A model generated the notes under the pieces. The model was not told the DNA's origin. It made no database searches and saw only the letters and a program-made list of their open reading frames with translations. A DNA stretch of 40,000 nt from Pseudomonas sp. DNDY-54 (GTDB lineage Bacteria > Pseudomonadota > Gammaproteobacteria > Pseudomonadales > Pseudomonadaceae), in assembly GCF_019880365.1 (NCBI RefSeq), contig NZ_CP082271.1, positions 3,446,083 to 3,486,082 of the forward strand, read 5' to 3'. Positions 1-9,538 of this stretch are shown one piece after another. A program made the position numbers and the translations under genes. The number at the start of each line of letters is the position of its first letter. Position 1 is the stretch's first letter.

Positions 1-1420
1 GCTCGGTCTGCGCGAACTTGCGCCGGGCGATCAGCGTGGCGATGCCCATCCCGATTGGCGGCACCATCCCCGCCGCCATGGTGGCGGCCATCGGCGCGTA
101 ACTCTGGGACGCGAGCAGCCCGACGGAGAAGGCATAAGCGGCCTTGTTCACCGGTCCGCCGAGGTCGACGCACATCATGGTGCCGAGCAGCAGCCCTAGC
201 AGGATCGCGTTGGAAGTTCCCATGGTGTCGAGGAATTCCGTCAGCCCGGCGAGCATCTTCGCCACTGGCGTGCCGACCACGTAAATCATCACCAGACCGG
301 TTACCAGGCTCGCCAGCAACGGAATGATCAGGATTGGCTTGAGCGATTCGATACTCGCTGGCAAGGGAATCCAGCGGCTCACTGCCTTGGCCGCATAGCC
401 CGCAACGAAGCCTGCGATTATCCCGCCAATGAAGCCCGCCCCCAACGTGCCAGCCAGCAGCCCACCGATCATCCCCGGCGCCAGTCCTGGGCGATCAGCG
501 ATGGAATAGGCGATGTATCCCGCCAGCAGCGGCACCATCAACTGGAAGGCCGTTTCGCCACCGATCTTCATCAGCGCGGCGGCCAGCGTGCCCTCCTCCT
601 TGAACGCCTCGATGCCGAATACGAACGACAGCGCGATCAGCAAACCGCCCGCCACCACCATCGGCAGCATGTAGGACACGCCGGTCAGCAGGTGCTTGTA
701 GACACCGGTCTTTTCGCCCTTCTGTTCGCCGCCGCCGGTATTGGCTGTGGCGCCTCCGGCTAGCACAGCGCCTTCTTCCAGCGCGCGATCCAGCGTCGCG
801 TCGGGTTGTTTGAGGGCCACGCCGGTGCCGCAGCGAAACACGCGTTTGCCGGCAAAGCGGGCGACATCCACTTCGATATCGGCGGCCAGCAGCACCACGT
901 CGGCCGCGGCGATGGCGTCCGCTTCCAGCACGTTGCGCGCACCCACCGAACCGCGGGTTTCCACCTGCAGGTCGTAACCCTTGCGGATCGCGGCCTGCTG
1001 CAGGGCTTCAGCCGCCATGAAGGTGTGCGCCACGCCGGTCGGGCAAGCGGTGATGGCGACAAGTTTGGGCTTGCCGCTGGTATGCGCAGCATCCGCTTCG
1101 TCGTCCTGCTGCAGCTCGGTGGCGGTGTCCGCTGCACTGCGCAGGAAGGCTTCCGGATCGAGCAGCGCCTCGGATGGCGTTGATTGCGCGACGCGTTTGC
1201 CAACGAAGCGCTGCAATGACAACGGTCCGGTTTTCACCACGACCACCAGATCGGCATTGGTGATCTGTGCGGGCGTCAGCGGCGAGCCGATGGCCTTGGG
1301 ATCGTGGACTTCCACAGCGGTCGACCAGCCCAGACGATGGGCGGCCGCTTCGAGCAGGCGTGACGTGAGCACGCTGGTGACCATTCCGTTGGGGCAGGCC
1401 GTAACGATGAGAAGATTCAT
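1..1420 (-). CDS. fruA: PTS fructose-specific EIIB'BC permease. The N-terminus is in the window and the 3' end runs off the left edge.
   Basis: The reverse frame is open from ATG (cat at 1418-1420) to position 1. It is absent from the ORF track because no stop lies in the window. My translation starts MNLLIVTACPNGMVTS. It contains a second EIIB Cys motif (LVAITACPTGVAHTFMAAEAL) followed by glycine-rich EIIC membrane segments. An SD-like GAAGGA lies upstream, 20 nt after the fruK stop. Confidence 0.85.
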   Translation of the reverse strand, partial: MNLLIVTACPNGMVTSVLTSRLLEAAAHRLGWSTAVEVHDPKAIGSPLTPAQITNADLVVVVKTGPLSLQRFVGKRVAQSTPSEALLDPEAFLRSAADTATELQQDDEADAAHTSGKPKLVAITACPTGVAHTFMAAEALQQAAIRKGYDLQVETRGSVGARNVLEADAIAAADVVLLAADIEVDVARFAGKRVFRCGTGVALKQPDATLDRALEEGAVLAGGATANTGGGEQKGEKTGVYKHLLTGVSYMLPMVVAGGLLIALSFVFGIEAFKEEGTLAAALMKIGGETAFQLMVPLLAGYIAYSIADRPGLAPGMIGGLLAGTLGAGFIGGIIAGFVAGYAAKAVSRWIPLPASIESLKPILIIPLLASLVTGLVMIYVVGTPVAKMLAGLTEFLDTMGTSNAILLGLLLGTMMCVDLGGPVNKAAYAFSVGLLASQSYAPMAATMAAGMVPPIGMGIATLIARRKFAQTE

Positions 1421-1440
1421 TCCTTCACCTCTTGTTCGAT

Positions 1441-2379
1441 TTATTGGCTCAGCGGCTGGAGCCGGACCCTGGCCTCCAGGTCCGCAAGTCCATCCGTATC
1501 GGTGATGCCAAAGCCGACCTGCCCAACCGCCTGCGCGGCAATGGCGGTGGCGTGTGTAAGGGTGCGTTCGGCCGGCCAGCCTTCCAGCAGACCGTGAAGC
1601 ATGCCGGCCAGCAGTGAGTCGCCCGCACCAACGGTGCTGACGACCCGAACCCTGGGCGGATTGGCATGCAGTGCCGCGCCTGGCGAGAACCAGCTGACGC
1701 CATTGGCGCCCTGCGAAATAACCACGTGCTCGATGCCTTCGGCTTGCAGTCGTCGCGCTTCGGCTGTCAGCGCTGCCGACTCGGTGAGTTCGACGCCACG
1801 GGCCTCGGCCAGCTCTTCGTCGTTGGGTTTGATCAACCAGGGCGTGGCGGCCAGCCCGTCACGCAACGCGGCGCCGCTGGTGTCCAGCGCCACCCGCACG
1901 CCGAGACTCTTGAGCGTCTGCAAGAGCTGGACGAACCACTGGCTGTCGATGCCACGCGGCAAGCTGCCGGCGACGACCACAAGGTCATGAGCGGGCGCCA
2001 GCCGCTGGAGCCGCGTCAGCAGCTCCGTGCAGTTCGCCTCGCTCACCCTCAGCCCCGGGCCGTTTATGTCGGTGACCTGCCCGTCCGCTTCGGCCAGTTT
2101 GATGTTGCTGCGGGTATCGCCCGGCACGCGGACGAATTCGTCGGCAAATCCACGCGCGGCGAACAGCAGCTCGAAGGATTGCGGATTGCCCTCGCCGAGA
2201 AAGCCGGTGACGGTCAGCCGATGGCCGAGGTCGGCCAGCACCTGCGCGACGTTGAGCCCCTTACCGGCGGCATGCACCTGCAGGCTTTCGCTTCGATTGA
2301 CCTCGCCCAGGCGCAGCGACGGCAGCTGCACGGTCAGGTCCAGGGCCGGGTTGAGGGTGACCGTCAGCACGCGAGCCAT
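1441..2379 (-). CDS. fruK: 1-phosphofructokinase (PfkB/ribokinase family)
   Basis: 312-aa ORF. It starts MARVLTVTLNPALDLTV and has the C-terminal PfkB motif STVGAGDSLLAGM. It sits between fruB and fruA, and its start shares nt 2379 with the fruB stop. Confidence 0.9.
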   Translation of the reverse strand: MARVLTVTLNPALDLTVQLPSLRLGEVNRSESLQVHAAGKGLNVAQVLADLGHRLTVTGFLGEGNPQSFELLFAARGFADEFVRVPGDTRSNIKLAEADGQVTDINGPGLRVSEANCTELLTRLQRLAPAHDLVVVAGSLPRGIDSQWFVQLLQTLKSLGVRVALDTSGAALRDGLAATPWLIKPNDEELAEARGVELTESAALTAEARRLQAEGIEHVVISQGANGVSWFSPGAALHANPPRVRVVSTVGAGDSLLAGMLHGLLEGWPAERTLTHATAIAAQAVGQVGFGITDTDGLADLEARVRLQPLSQ

Positions 2380-5258
2380 CAGCAGTGCTCCCCGACGAAG
2401 GCGCGGACTTCATGGGCGCCGGGCAGCATCAGGGCTTGCTGGGCCAGCCTCTGGCAGGCCGCGAAATCCAGCTCGCGAACGCGCGCCTTCACCAAGGCGA
2501 TGCTGCGCGCCGAAACGCTCAGTTCGTCCACGCCCAGGCCCACCAGCATCGGCACCGCCAATGCATCAGCGGCCAGCTCGCCACAAACGCCGACCCACTT
2601 GCCGTGGGCATGGGCCGCCTCGACCGTCATACCGATCAGCCGCAGCACCGCTGGGTGCAGCCCATCGGCCTGCCCTGAAAGCGTCGGATGCCCGCGGTCG
2701 ATGGCGAGGGTGTACTGGGTGAGGTCATTGGTGCCGATGCTGAAGAAGTCGACTTCCTGCGCCAGCACCGGCGCGATCAGCGCGGCGGACGGGATCTCGA
2801 TCATGATGCCGACCTGCAGATCGGCCACCGGCAGCTCAACGCGCAGGCGGTCGACCATGGCCTTGGCGGTGCGCCATTCATCAATGTTGCCGACCATGGG
2901 GAACATGATCCGCAGCGGGCGGCCATCGGCCGACGAGAGCAAGGCACGCAGCTGGGTTTCGAGGATGTCCGGGCGTTGCAGGCTCAGGCGAATGCCGCGC
3001 ACACCGAGAAAGGGGTTTTCCTCGGCGGGCATCGGCCAGTACGGCAGCGGTTTGTCTCCGCCGACATCCAGCGTACGTACCACCAAAGGGCGCCCCTCAA
3101 GGGCTTCAAGCACGCGGCGGTACTCGGCTTCCTGAGTCGCCTGATCCGGCGCCTGGGAATGGTTCATGAACACCAGTTCGGTACGCAGCAGGCCAATGCC
3201 TTCGGCGCCCATCGCCACCGCTTCCGGGGTTTCGCCGGCAGCGCCGATGTTGGCAGCGATCTCTACCGGATGGCCGTCGCGGGTGATGGCCGGCTCCAGG
3301 CGACGCTCATTTGCCAGGCGCTTGCGATCCTCGCGGGTGGCGCGCTCGTTGCGGGCCTGCTCCAGCTGCGCATCGGTCGGCGAAACCAGCAGTTCACCGC
3401 GCTCGCCGTCGAGCAGTAACAGTGTGTTTGGGGCCAGCCCAAGCACACCCGGCCCAGCACCGACGATGGCCGGAATGCCCAGCGCGCGGGCGATGATGGC
3501 GCTGTGCGAAGTGGCGCCGCCGCCAGCGGTAAGAATCCCCGCGACGCGCTGGGCGTTGAGAGTGGCGACGTCCGAAGGCGCCACTTCGTCCATCACCAGG
3601 ATGTAGGGCTCGTCTGGAGCCTGATCGGCTTCCACACCAGTCAGGCAGGCCAGCACGCGACGCCCAACGTCACGCAAATCGGCTGCACGTTCGGCCAGCA
3701 GCTTGTCGTGCAAGGCCTCCTGCTGCTGCGCCGCAGTTTCGATTTCCTCCATCCAGGCTGCTTCGGCGCTCAGCCCTTTTTGCAGACGCGCCTGGACTTC
3801 CTCTCGCAGCGCCGGGTCGCGCAGCATGGCCTGATGGGTGGTGAAGATGTCGCGGATGCTGGCGACCTGACTCGCTTCGATCAGCGTGCCGATCTCGTCG
3901 TGCACGCCTTTCAGCGCGGCATCCAGGCGTTGCAACTCGATTGTCGGCGATTCGCCATGCTTGGGGTACTCGATCACTTGCGGCTTGCGCACCAGCACCG
4001 GACCGATGGCAATTCCGGGAGACGCCGCAATGCCATTCACCTGATCACCGGCGCACAGGGCGGCCTGCTCGATGGCCGATTCATCAGGTCGCATGGCGAT
4101 GACCGGTTGCTCCATCTCACCTGCGGCCGGCAAGGGCTCGACGTCCTCGCCCAGCCCGTCTTCCACGGCGCGCACCAGCGCCGGCAACGCATCGTCGGCA
4201 ATGGCAGGTTCGGCCATGAATTCAAGCACCTGACCGCGATGCGCACCCATTGCCAACAATTTGCTCAGGCTCTTAGCCGACACGCCAACACCTTCATTGC
4301 CCGCCAGTCGCACGCGAATTTCGCCATCGAACGCCTGTGCGACCTCGGTCAGCGTCTTGGCCGGACGCGCATGCAGACCGTGCGCATTGGCCAGTGAGAC
4401 CCTAGCGCTGGGCCAGTCGGCCGGCACTTCGCCGCCCAGGGCTTCGAGCACCACGCGGCTGGAAGTCGCTTGGCTCAACTCCTGCCCACGTCCTTCGATC
4501 AGCAGGTTGCACAGTCGCTCGAGCATCGCCCGATGCGCTTCGCCCAGGCTGGCCAGCACGAAAAGACCGTTGAGGGGCTGGCCTTGGTGTTCAAGATTCG
4601 ACGCGGGCGTAACGAACGCTAATCCAGGGCGCTGCACCGATTGCTCGCTGCTCAGCCACCAGAGACCATCGCCCAGCGGCAGCGCCTGGCTCAGCGGCAA
4701 GCTGGCGTTGAAGCCCGGTTCTACGCACTGGGCGCGCTTGAGCAACTTCACACCCTGCCAGGCCAATTCGTCGAAATCATCGGCGGCGACACCCAGGCCG
4801 ACCAGTTCGCCGTCCAGCGCCAGGGCCTGCGGCGCGCCCTGCAGCAGGTCGATGATGACCTCAGGGCTTTCGGCCTTCTGCAGCGCCTCGCTGAGGTCGC
4901 CCTCGCCCAGGGCTCGGGTCAGCAGTTGCAACAGGCGCAAATGTTCATCGGAGCGGGCCGCGATACCGATGGCGAGATACACCAACTGGCCGTTGCCCCA
5001 GTCGACCCCGGCCGGAAAGTGCAGTAACCGCACGCCAGTGGTGAACACCTGATCGCGGGTTTCCGGCGTGCCATGAGGGATCGCGATGCCCTGCCCGAGA
5101 AAGGTCGAACCCTGCGCTTCGCGCGCGCGCAGGCCGTCGAGATAACCGGGCGCCACCAGCCCATCGGCGACCAGTACCTCGCCAAGCAGGGCGAGGGCCG
5201 CGGGCTTGTCCGCCGCGTGCTGACGCATGTGGATGTGCTGGGCATTCAACTCAAGCAT
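2379..5258 (-). CDS. fruB: Multiphosphoryl transfer protein of the fructose PTS (EIIA-Fru / HPr-like FPr / Enzyme I fusion)
   Basis: 959-aa ORF with three recognisable modules. EIIA: GQGIAIPHGTPE. HPr-like: ANAHGLHARPAKTL. EI phosphohistidine region: GGGATSHSAIIARALGIPA, followed by the PEP-utilising C-terminal region. Confidence 0.9.
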   Translation of the reverse strand: MLELNAQHIHMRQHAADKPAALALLGEVLVADGLVAPGYLDGLRAREAQGSTFLGQGIAIPHGTPETRDQVFTTGVRLLHFPAGVDWGNGQLVYLAIGIAARSDEHLRLLQLLTRALGEGDLSEALQKAESPEVIIDLLQGAPQALALDGELVGLGVAADDFDELAWQGVKLLKRAQCVEPGFNASLPLSQALPLGDGLWWLSSEQSVQRPGLAFVTPASNLEHQGQPLNGLFVLASLGEAHRAMLERLCNLLIEGRGQELSQATSSRVVLEALGGEVPADWPSARVSLANAHGLHARPAKTLTEVAQAFDGEIRVRLAGNEGVGVSAKSLSKLLAMGAHRGQVLEFMAEPAIADDALPALVRAVEDGLGEDVEPLPAAGEMEQPVIAMRPDESAIEQAALCAGDQVNGIAASPGIAIGPVLVRKPQVIEYPKHGESPTIELQRLDAALKGVHDEIGTLIEASQVASIRDIFTTHQAMLRDPALREEVQARLQKGLSAEAAWMEEIETAAQQQEALHDKLLAERAADLRDVGRRVLACLTGVEADQAPDEPYILVMDEVAPSDVATLNAQRVAGILTAGGGATSHSAIIARALGIPAIVGAGPGVLGLAPNTLLLLDGERGELLVSPTDAQLEQARNERATREDRKRLANERRLEPAITRDGHPVEIAANIGAAGETPEAVAMGAEGIGLLRTELVFMNHSQAPDQATQEAEYRRVLEALEGRPLVVRTLDVGGDKPLPYWPMPAEENPFLGVRGIRLSLQRPDILETQLRALLSSADGRPLRIMFPMVGNIDEWRTAKAMVDRLRVELPVADLQVGIMIEIPSAALIAPVLAQEVDFFSIGTNDLTQYTLAIDRGHPTLSGQADGLHPAVLRLIGMTVEAAHAHGKWVGVCGELAADALAVPMLVGLGVDELSVSARSIALVKARVRELDFAACQRLAQQALMLPGAHEVRAFVGEHC

Positions 5259-5365
5259 GGAGAACTCCTTGCGGGCTCGCGATTGTTTTTATACCGGCGG
5301 CGTGCGAACGACAGCGCGCCGGCATGACCCGAATCCTGGGCCGGCGCTTATGACCGGACAGCTGC

Positions 5366-5377
5366 TGAAACGTTTCA
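5366..5377. promoter_or_regulatory. Cra/FruR operator (perfect palindrome TGAAACGTTTCA) in the fruB-cra divergent intergenic region
   Basis: The 12-bp perfect palindrome is read directly at 5366-5377. It matches the known Cra half-site pattern (TGAAAC/GTTTCA) and lies between the divergent fruB and cra genes. Confidence 0.75.
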
Positions 5378-5514
5378 CCAACCCTTGGCACATTACGCAA
5401 ATTTGGGTGACTCTAGAAGCCCGAGTTCAAACCACCCGTCTCGGGGATCCACTTGCCTCTCCGTAGAACGTGTTCCGCCGGCACTGCAAACCGAAACAGA
5501 CCAAGGATTTCTCG

Positions 5515-6504
5515 TTGAAACTGACCGACCTCGCCCGCCTCGCCAACGTTTCGGTAACCACCGCCAGCTATGTGCTCAACGGCAAGGCTGCGCAACGGCG
5601 AATCAGCCCAGCCACGGTCGAGCGCGTCATGGCCGTCGCCGAACAGCAGGGTTTTCAGCTTGATCAGCAAGCGGCCGGGCTACGCCGCGGGCAGTCGCGA
5701 ACCCTTGGCTTCATCGTTCCGGACCTGGAAAACCCCAGCTACGCCCGCCTGGCCAAATTGCTGGAACAGCGCGCCCGCTTGCGCGGCTATCAGTTGCTGA
5801 TCGCAGGTTCCGACGACGAGCCGGACACCGAGCGGCAGGTCCTTCAGGTGCTGCGCTCGCGCCGTTGCGATGCGCTGATCGTTGCGAGCTGCCTGCCGGC
5901 TGATGATCAGAGCTATCGCAAGCTTCAAGCGAGCGGCACCCCGGTGATTGCCCTCGACCGGGCGATGGATGCCGAGCACTTCTGTTCAGTGGTCAGCGAT
6001 GACCGCGAGGCAGCGGCGCAGCTGACCCGCTCGCTGGACATTCCAGCCGACGCGCATATCGCGCTGATCAGCGCGCGGCCGGCCCTTCGCATCAGCCAGC
6101 AGCGTGAGGAAGGTTTTAACCGGACTTTAACCGGGCACAGGGGCCAGGTCAGCGTGCTCCAGGCCGAGCAGTTCAGCCGCGCCTGTGGCCGCGAACAGAT
6201 GCTCACCCTGCTCGACCGCGGACCGTTGCCCGACGCCTTGATCACCACCGCCTATGTGTTGCTCGAAGGCGTCTTCGATGCACTGCGCGAACGGGACCTG
6301 CTCTGGCCAGAGCATTTGCGCCTGGCCACCTTTGGTGACGCGCAGCTGCTGGATTTCCTGCCGATCCGGGTCAACGCAATTTCCCAGCAGCACGAGCAGA
6401 TTGCCAAGTGCGCGCTGGAGCAGGCGATTGGTGCAATAGAGCAAGGCGACTATCGCCCCGGCGTGACTGCCATCGGGCGTGAACTGAAGGTTCGTCAGCG
6501 TTGA
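5515..6504 (+). CDS. cra: LacI-family catabolite repressor/activator (fructose operon repressor)
   Basis: The ORF track frame is 5470-6504. The N-terminal HTH is KLTDLARLANVSVTTASYVLNGK. I prefer the TTG at 5515, preceded by AAGGA at 5503-5507; the GTG at 5470 is the maximal alternative. The gene is divergent from fruBKA. Confidence 0.8.
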   Translation: MKLTDLARLANVSVTTASYVLNGKAAQRRISPATVERVMAVAEQQGFQLDQQAAGLRRGQSRTLGFIVPDLENPSYARLAKLLEQRARLRGYQLLIAGSDDEPDTERQVLQVLRSRRCDALIVASCLPADDQSYRKLQASGTPVIALDRAMDAEHFCSVVSDDREAAAQLTRSLDIPADAHIALISARPALRISQQREEGFNRTLTGHRGQVSVLQAEQFSRACGREQMLTLLDRGPLPDALITTAYVLLEGVFDALRERDLLWPEHLRLATFGDAQLLDFLPIRVNAISQQHEQIAKCALEQAIGAIEQGDYRPGVTAIGRELKVRQR

Positions 6505-6557
6505 TCGCTTGCCGGCGCTACCGCCCTGACGGGGCTGTTGCGCTCGACTGATGGCAT

Positions 6558-6653
6558 GATTCGCGAGCAAGCTCGCTCCTACAAATAAGCGCGTGTTTAC
6601 GCTGACAACCAGACGCTCCCGCTGCCCTTGTAGGAGCCAGCTTGCTGGCGAAC
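6558..6653. repeat. Inverted pair of REP-type extragenic palindromes
   Basis: gattcgcgagcaagctcgctcctacaaa (6558-6584) and ttgtaggagccagcttgctggcgaacc (6628-6653) are each internally palindromic and are inverted relative to one another. This is the typical Pseudomonas REP architecture, placed after the cra stop. Confidence 0.7.
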
Positions 6654-6725
6654 CGAGGTCGCACTGGATACGGTGCCAGCCACTGGCTACAGTGCCGGAC
6701 ATTCCAACGAGCCCGCCCTTCCCAG

Positions 6726-7031
6726 ATGAACATCGAACAGATCACCCAACGCCTGCATGCGATCCGCGACCAGAATGACTGGCAGCGCTTTCACAGCCCC
6801 AAGAATCTCGCCATGGCCGCCAGCGTGGAAATGGCCGAGCTGGTGGAAATCTTCCAGTGGCAGACCGAAGACGAGTCGCGTCAGCTTGCGGCCGACAAGC
6901 TGGAGCATGTCGGCCAGGAAGTCGGCGACATCCTCATGTACCTGCTGCTGATGTGCAGCGAGCTGGGCATCGATATGGAACAGGCGCTGCTGGCCAAGCT
7001 GGCCGACAACGAACGGCGGTTCGCCCAATGA
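6726..7031 (+). CDS. MazG-like nucleotide pyrophosphohydrolase (small, single domain)
   Basis: ATG at 6726 within the 6642-7031 frame. The sequence MNIEQITQRLHAIRDQNDWQRFHSPKNLAMAASVEMAELVEIFQW...EVGDILMYLL carries the EXXE..D metal-binding pattern of the MazG/all-alpha NTP-PPase fold. Confidence 0.7.
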   Translation: MNIEQITQRLHAIRDQNDWQRFHSPKNLAMAASVEMAELVEIFQWQTEDESRQLAADKLEHVGQEVGDILMYLLLMCSELGIDMEQALLAKLADNERRFAQ

Positions 7032-7777
7032 CCGACCGCCATTTCGATGAGCTCGCGACGCGCTTCGCCGAGAAGATCTACGGCGGCGCCAAGGGTGCGA
7101 TCCGCCTCGCGGTGCTGCAGGCCGATCTCGCCGAAATCCTGCCGCAACGCCCGCTGCGGGTGATGGATATCGGCGCCGGCCTCGGTCATATGAGCCTGTG
7201 GCTGGCTCAGCAGGGCCATGAGGTCACGCTCGCCGAACCCGCCGAGCCGATGCTGGAAGGCGCACGCAAACAGTTTGCCGAAGCCGGCCAGAGCGCCACA
7301 TTTATACAAGCGCCCTGGCAGGAGATCGAAAGTCAGATCGAAGGCCGTTTCGATCTGGTCATCTGCCACGCCGTACTGGAGTGGCTCGCCGAGCCCCAGG
7401 CGATCCTGCCGGTACTGCATCGCCTGGTCGCCGACGATGGCTGGCTGTCACTGGCCTTCTACAACCGCGACGCACTGATCTACCGCAACTTGCTCAAAGG
7501 CCATTTCAAGAAGCTGCGCACCCAGACCTATGCGGGCGAGCGCCAGAGCCTGACGCCACAACAACCACTCGACCCGCGTGAGCTGGCCGCGCAACTCGCA
7601 CCGCACTGGCAGGTCGAATCAACTAGTGGCGTGCGCGTATTCCATGACTACATGCCCGCCGATTTCCAGGCCCGTACCGAGCCTGCCGATTTGATCGAGA
7701 TGGAACTGGCCTACCGCCGCCATCCCAGCTTCGTCGGCCTCGGGCGTTACCTGCACTGGTTGTGTCGGCCCCGCTGA
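7028..7777 (+). CDS. cmoM: SAM-dependent methyltransferase, SmtA/CmoM type (tRNA mcmo5U34 methyltransferase)
   Basis: ATG at 7028 overlaps the upstream stop (ATGA). The sequence is colinear with my recollection of E. coli SmtA: MxDRxFD...F..KIYG..KG, the SAM motif VMDIGAGLG, HAVLEWLAEP, GVRVFHDY and LGRYLHW. Confidence 0.75.
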   Translation: MTDRHFDELATRFAEKIYGGAKGAIRLAVLQADLAEILPQRPLRVMDIGAGLGHMSLWLAQQGHEVTLAEPAEPMLEGARKQFAEAGQSATFIQAPWQEIESQIEGRFDLVICHAVLEWLAEPQAILPVLHRLVADDGWLSLAFYNRDALIYRNLLKGHFKKLRTQTYAGERQSLTPQQPLDPRELAAQLAPHWQVESTSGVRVFHDYMPADFQARTEPADLIEMELAYRRHPSFVGLGRYLHWLCRPR

Positions 7778-7797
7778 GCGCCGGCCGGGAGGTACCG

Positions 7798-8409
7798 ATG
7801 TCGCCCCGTGTCCTATTGCCCCTGTTGTATCTGAGCGTTGTGGGCTGCCAGAGCAGCAACCCCTACACCAGCGAATCCGCACCGATTCCTCCGGCACCCC
7901 CGGTCGAGCAGATCCAGTCGCCCACTTACCCCGCCGCGCCTCGCGACTTTTCCGCCTATCAAAGCTGGAGCTGGCGCAGCCCACCGGCCGCAACGGCTTC
8001 GCTCGCTTCCGAAGAGCTGCAGGAAATGGTTTCCAGCGCCCTCGATCAACGCGGCCTACGCCCCGCTCCAGCAGGTGCCAAGGGCGATGTTCAGATCAGC
8101 GCCAGCGCCCAAATGGAGACCCGCGTGCGCCAGGTCTACGATGACTACGGCAGCCGCGTCGGTGCTGGACGTTACGGCGGTTACGGCCCCGGGTACGGGT
8201 CGGGGATCGGCATCGGCGCCAGCGCGCCAATCGTGCGTAGCTACGAGGAGGAAGTGGTGACCGTCAGAATCGAAATGCTCGACAGCGCCTCGGGGCAGTC
8301 GGTATGGAGCAATCGGGCCGAAGCTCGCAGCGGCGGTAACCAGGCCGAACGTAAAGACGCCGCCCGCGATGCTGTGAACCGTGCGCTCGCCGACTATCCC
8401 CCGCGCTGA
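7798..8409 (+). CDS. DUF4136-family lipoprotein
   Basis: The ATG at 7798 gives MSPRVLLPLLYLSVVGCQSS, a lipobox with Cys. The C-terminal ...VWSNRAEA...A..AV...L..YPPR pattern is shared with the next gene. Confidence 0.6.
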   Translation: MSPRVLLPLLYLSVVGCQSSNPYTSESAPIPPAPPVEQIQSPTYPAAPRDFSAYQSWSWRSPPAATASLASEELQEMVSSALDQRGLRPAPAGAKGDVQISASAQMETRVRQVYDDYGSRVGAGRYGGYGPGYGSGIGIGASAPIVRSYEEEVVTVRIEMLDSASGQSVWSNRAEARSGGNQAERKDAARDAVNRALADYPPR

Positions 8410-8436
8410 CTCGCTCCTCTCACGCAGGAAAACGCC

Positions 8437-8997
8437 ATGTTCCGTTCATTGATGATGCTGCCCTTGCTGCTGGTGCTCGCCGCTTGCCAGAGCACCCAAG
8501 TGCAACGCGACTTCGACCCGCAGCGGGAATTCTCCGCGTACCGTACCTGGGACTGGAAGGAACCCGCACTGCAATACCGCCCCGATGATCCACGTATCAA
8601 GAGCGACCTCACCGAGCAACGCATACGCAGCGCCGTCAGCGAGCAGCTGGATCAGCGCGGCCTGCGCCAGGCTCAGTCCGGCCAGGCACCCGACGTGTTG
8701 ATTCAAGCCTGGTTCATCGTCGACGAGCGCAGCCAGCAATACACCACCACCTCGATGAGTGCCTGGGGCAGCCCGTGGCATGGTTTCTGGGGCGGACCGA
8801 CATTCGCCGACACGCGGACCATTCACTATCAGGTCGGCACTCTACAGGTCGATTTCTATGACGCCGATGACGGCAAACTTGTCTGGCGCGGCAGTGCCGA
8901 ACAGGTATTGCGCGACAATCCCGGCAGCCCGCAGGAGCGTGCAGGCATGTTCCGCGAGACCGTGTCCAAGGTGCTGTCACAATACCCGCCGCACTAA
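8437..8997 (+). CDS. DUF4136-family lipoprotein (tandem paralogue)
   Basis: MFRSLMMLPLLLVLAACQST is a lipobox. The protein shares FSAY.TW.W, LDQRGLR, VW.G.AE and L..YPP blocks with the 7798-8409 product. Confidence 0.6.
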   Translation: MFRSLMMLPLLLVLAACQSTQVQRDFDPQREFSAYRTWDWKEPALQYRPDDPRIKSDLTEQRIRSAVSEQLDQRGLRQAQSGQAPDVLIQAWFIVDERSQQYTTTSMSAWGSPWHGFWGGPTFADTRTIHYQVGTLQVDFYDADDGKLVWRGSAEQVLRDNPGSPQERAGMFRETVSKVLSQYPPH

Positions 8998-9020
8998 ACC
9001 GAATGCCTGATTTTGACCGC

Positions 9021-9047
9021 GCCCGCCGATCAGGCGGGCTTTCTTTT
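9021..9047 (+). terminator. Rho-independent terminator
   Basis: Stem gcccgcc (9021-9027), loop gatca, stem ggcgggc (9033-9039), followed by tttctttt. Confidence 0.7.
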
Positions 9048-9067
9048 GTCCTGTCTGGAGTAATCAC

Positions 9068-9517
9068 ATGCCCGTTGTCGCTTGGTGGCTTCTCGTACTG
9101 CCCTTTATCGCCGGCGCCTTTTTGCCGTTACAGGCCGGCATCAATGGGCAGGTGGCCAAGCATTTCGGCAGCGTGATGAGCGCCGCGATGCTGTCGTTCG
9201 CGGTGGGTACCTTTGCGCTGTTGTGCATCGTGCTGTTTCAACGAGAACTGCCCGGGCTGCAGGCATTGCGCGGTTTGAACTGGTGGCACTGGTGTGCGGG
9301 CCTGCTGGGGATGTTCTTTATCGCCACCGCCGCCTTCGCGGGCCCGCGCATCGGGGCGCTGCTGTTCATGGCCCTGGTACTGGCCGGGCAGCTGGGCATG
9401 GCGCTGCTGCTCGATCACTTCGGCTGGGCGGGTTTCAGGCAGTCGTCGATCAGCCTTGGCAAGCTTGGCGGGCTGCTGCTGATTTTCGGAGGGGTGTGGA
9501 TGATTCGCCGCGGTTGA
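9068..9517 (+). CDS. Small DMT-superfamily membrane protein (YdcZ/DUF606-like)
   Basis: 149 aa with about 5 hydrophobic segments. The N-terminal PLQAGINGQVAKHFGS pattern is typical of the family. Assignment is from memory only. Confidence 0.55.
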   Translation: MPVVAWWLLVLPFIAGAFLPLQAGINGQVAKHFGSVMSAAMLSFAVGTFALLCIVLFQRELPGLQALRGLNWWHWCAGLLGMFFIATAAFAGPRIGALLFMALVLAGQLGMALLLDHFGWAGFRQSSISLGKLGGLLLIFGGVWMIRRG

Positions 9518-9538
9518 TCACAGCGAATCGAAGAACGG

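Noticed and set aside
1666-3135. Long antisense 'shadow' ORFs in high-GC genes. Examples: 1666-3135 (+), 3504-4397 (+), 9740-10498 (+), 13018-14166 (-), 14060-14998 (+), 29079-29828 (-), 30981-32138 (-), 33233-33931 (+), 35667-36674 (-), 36553-37662 (-) and 37767-38909 (-).
   Set aside because: Each lies opposite an ORF with clear family motifs. They have Arg/Ala/Gly/Pro-rich, low-complexity translations typical of non-coding frames in GC-rich DNA.
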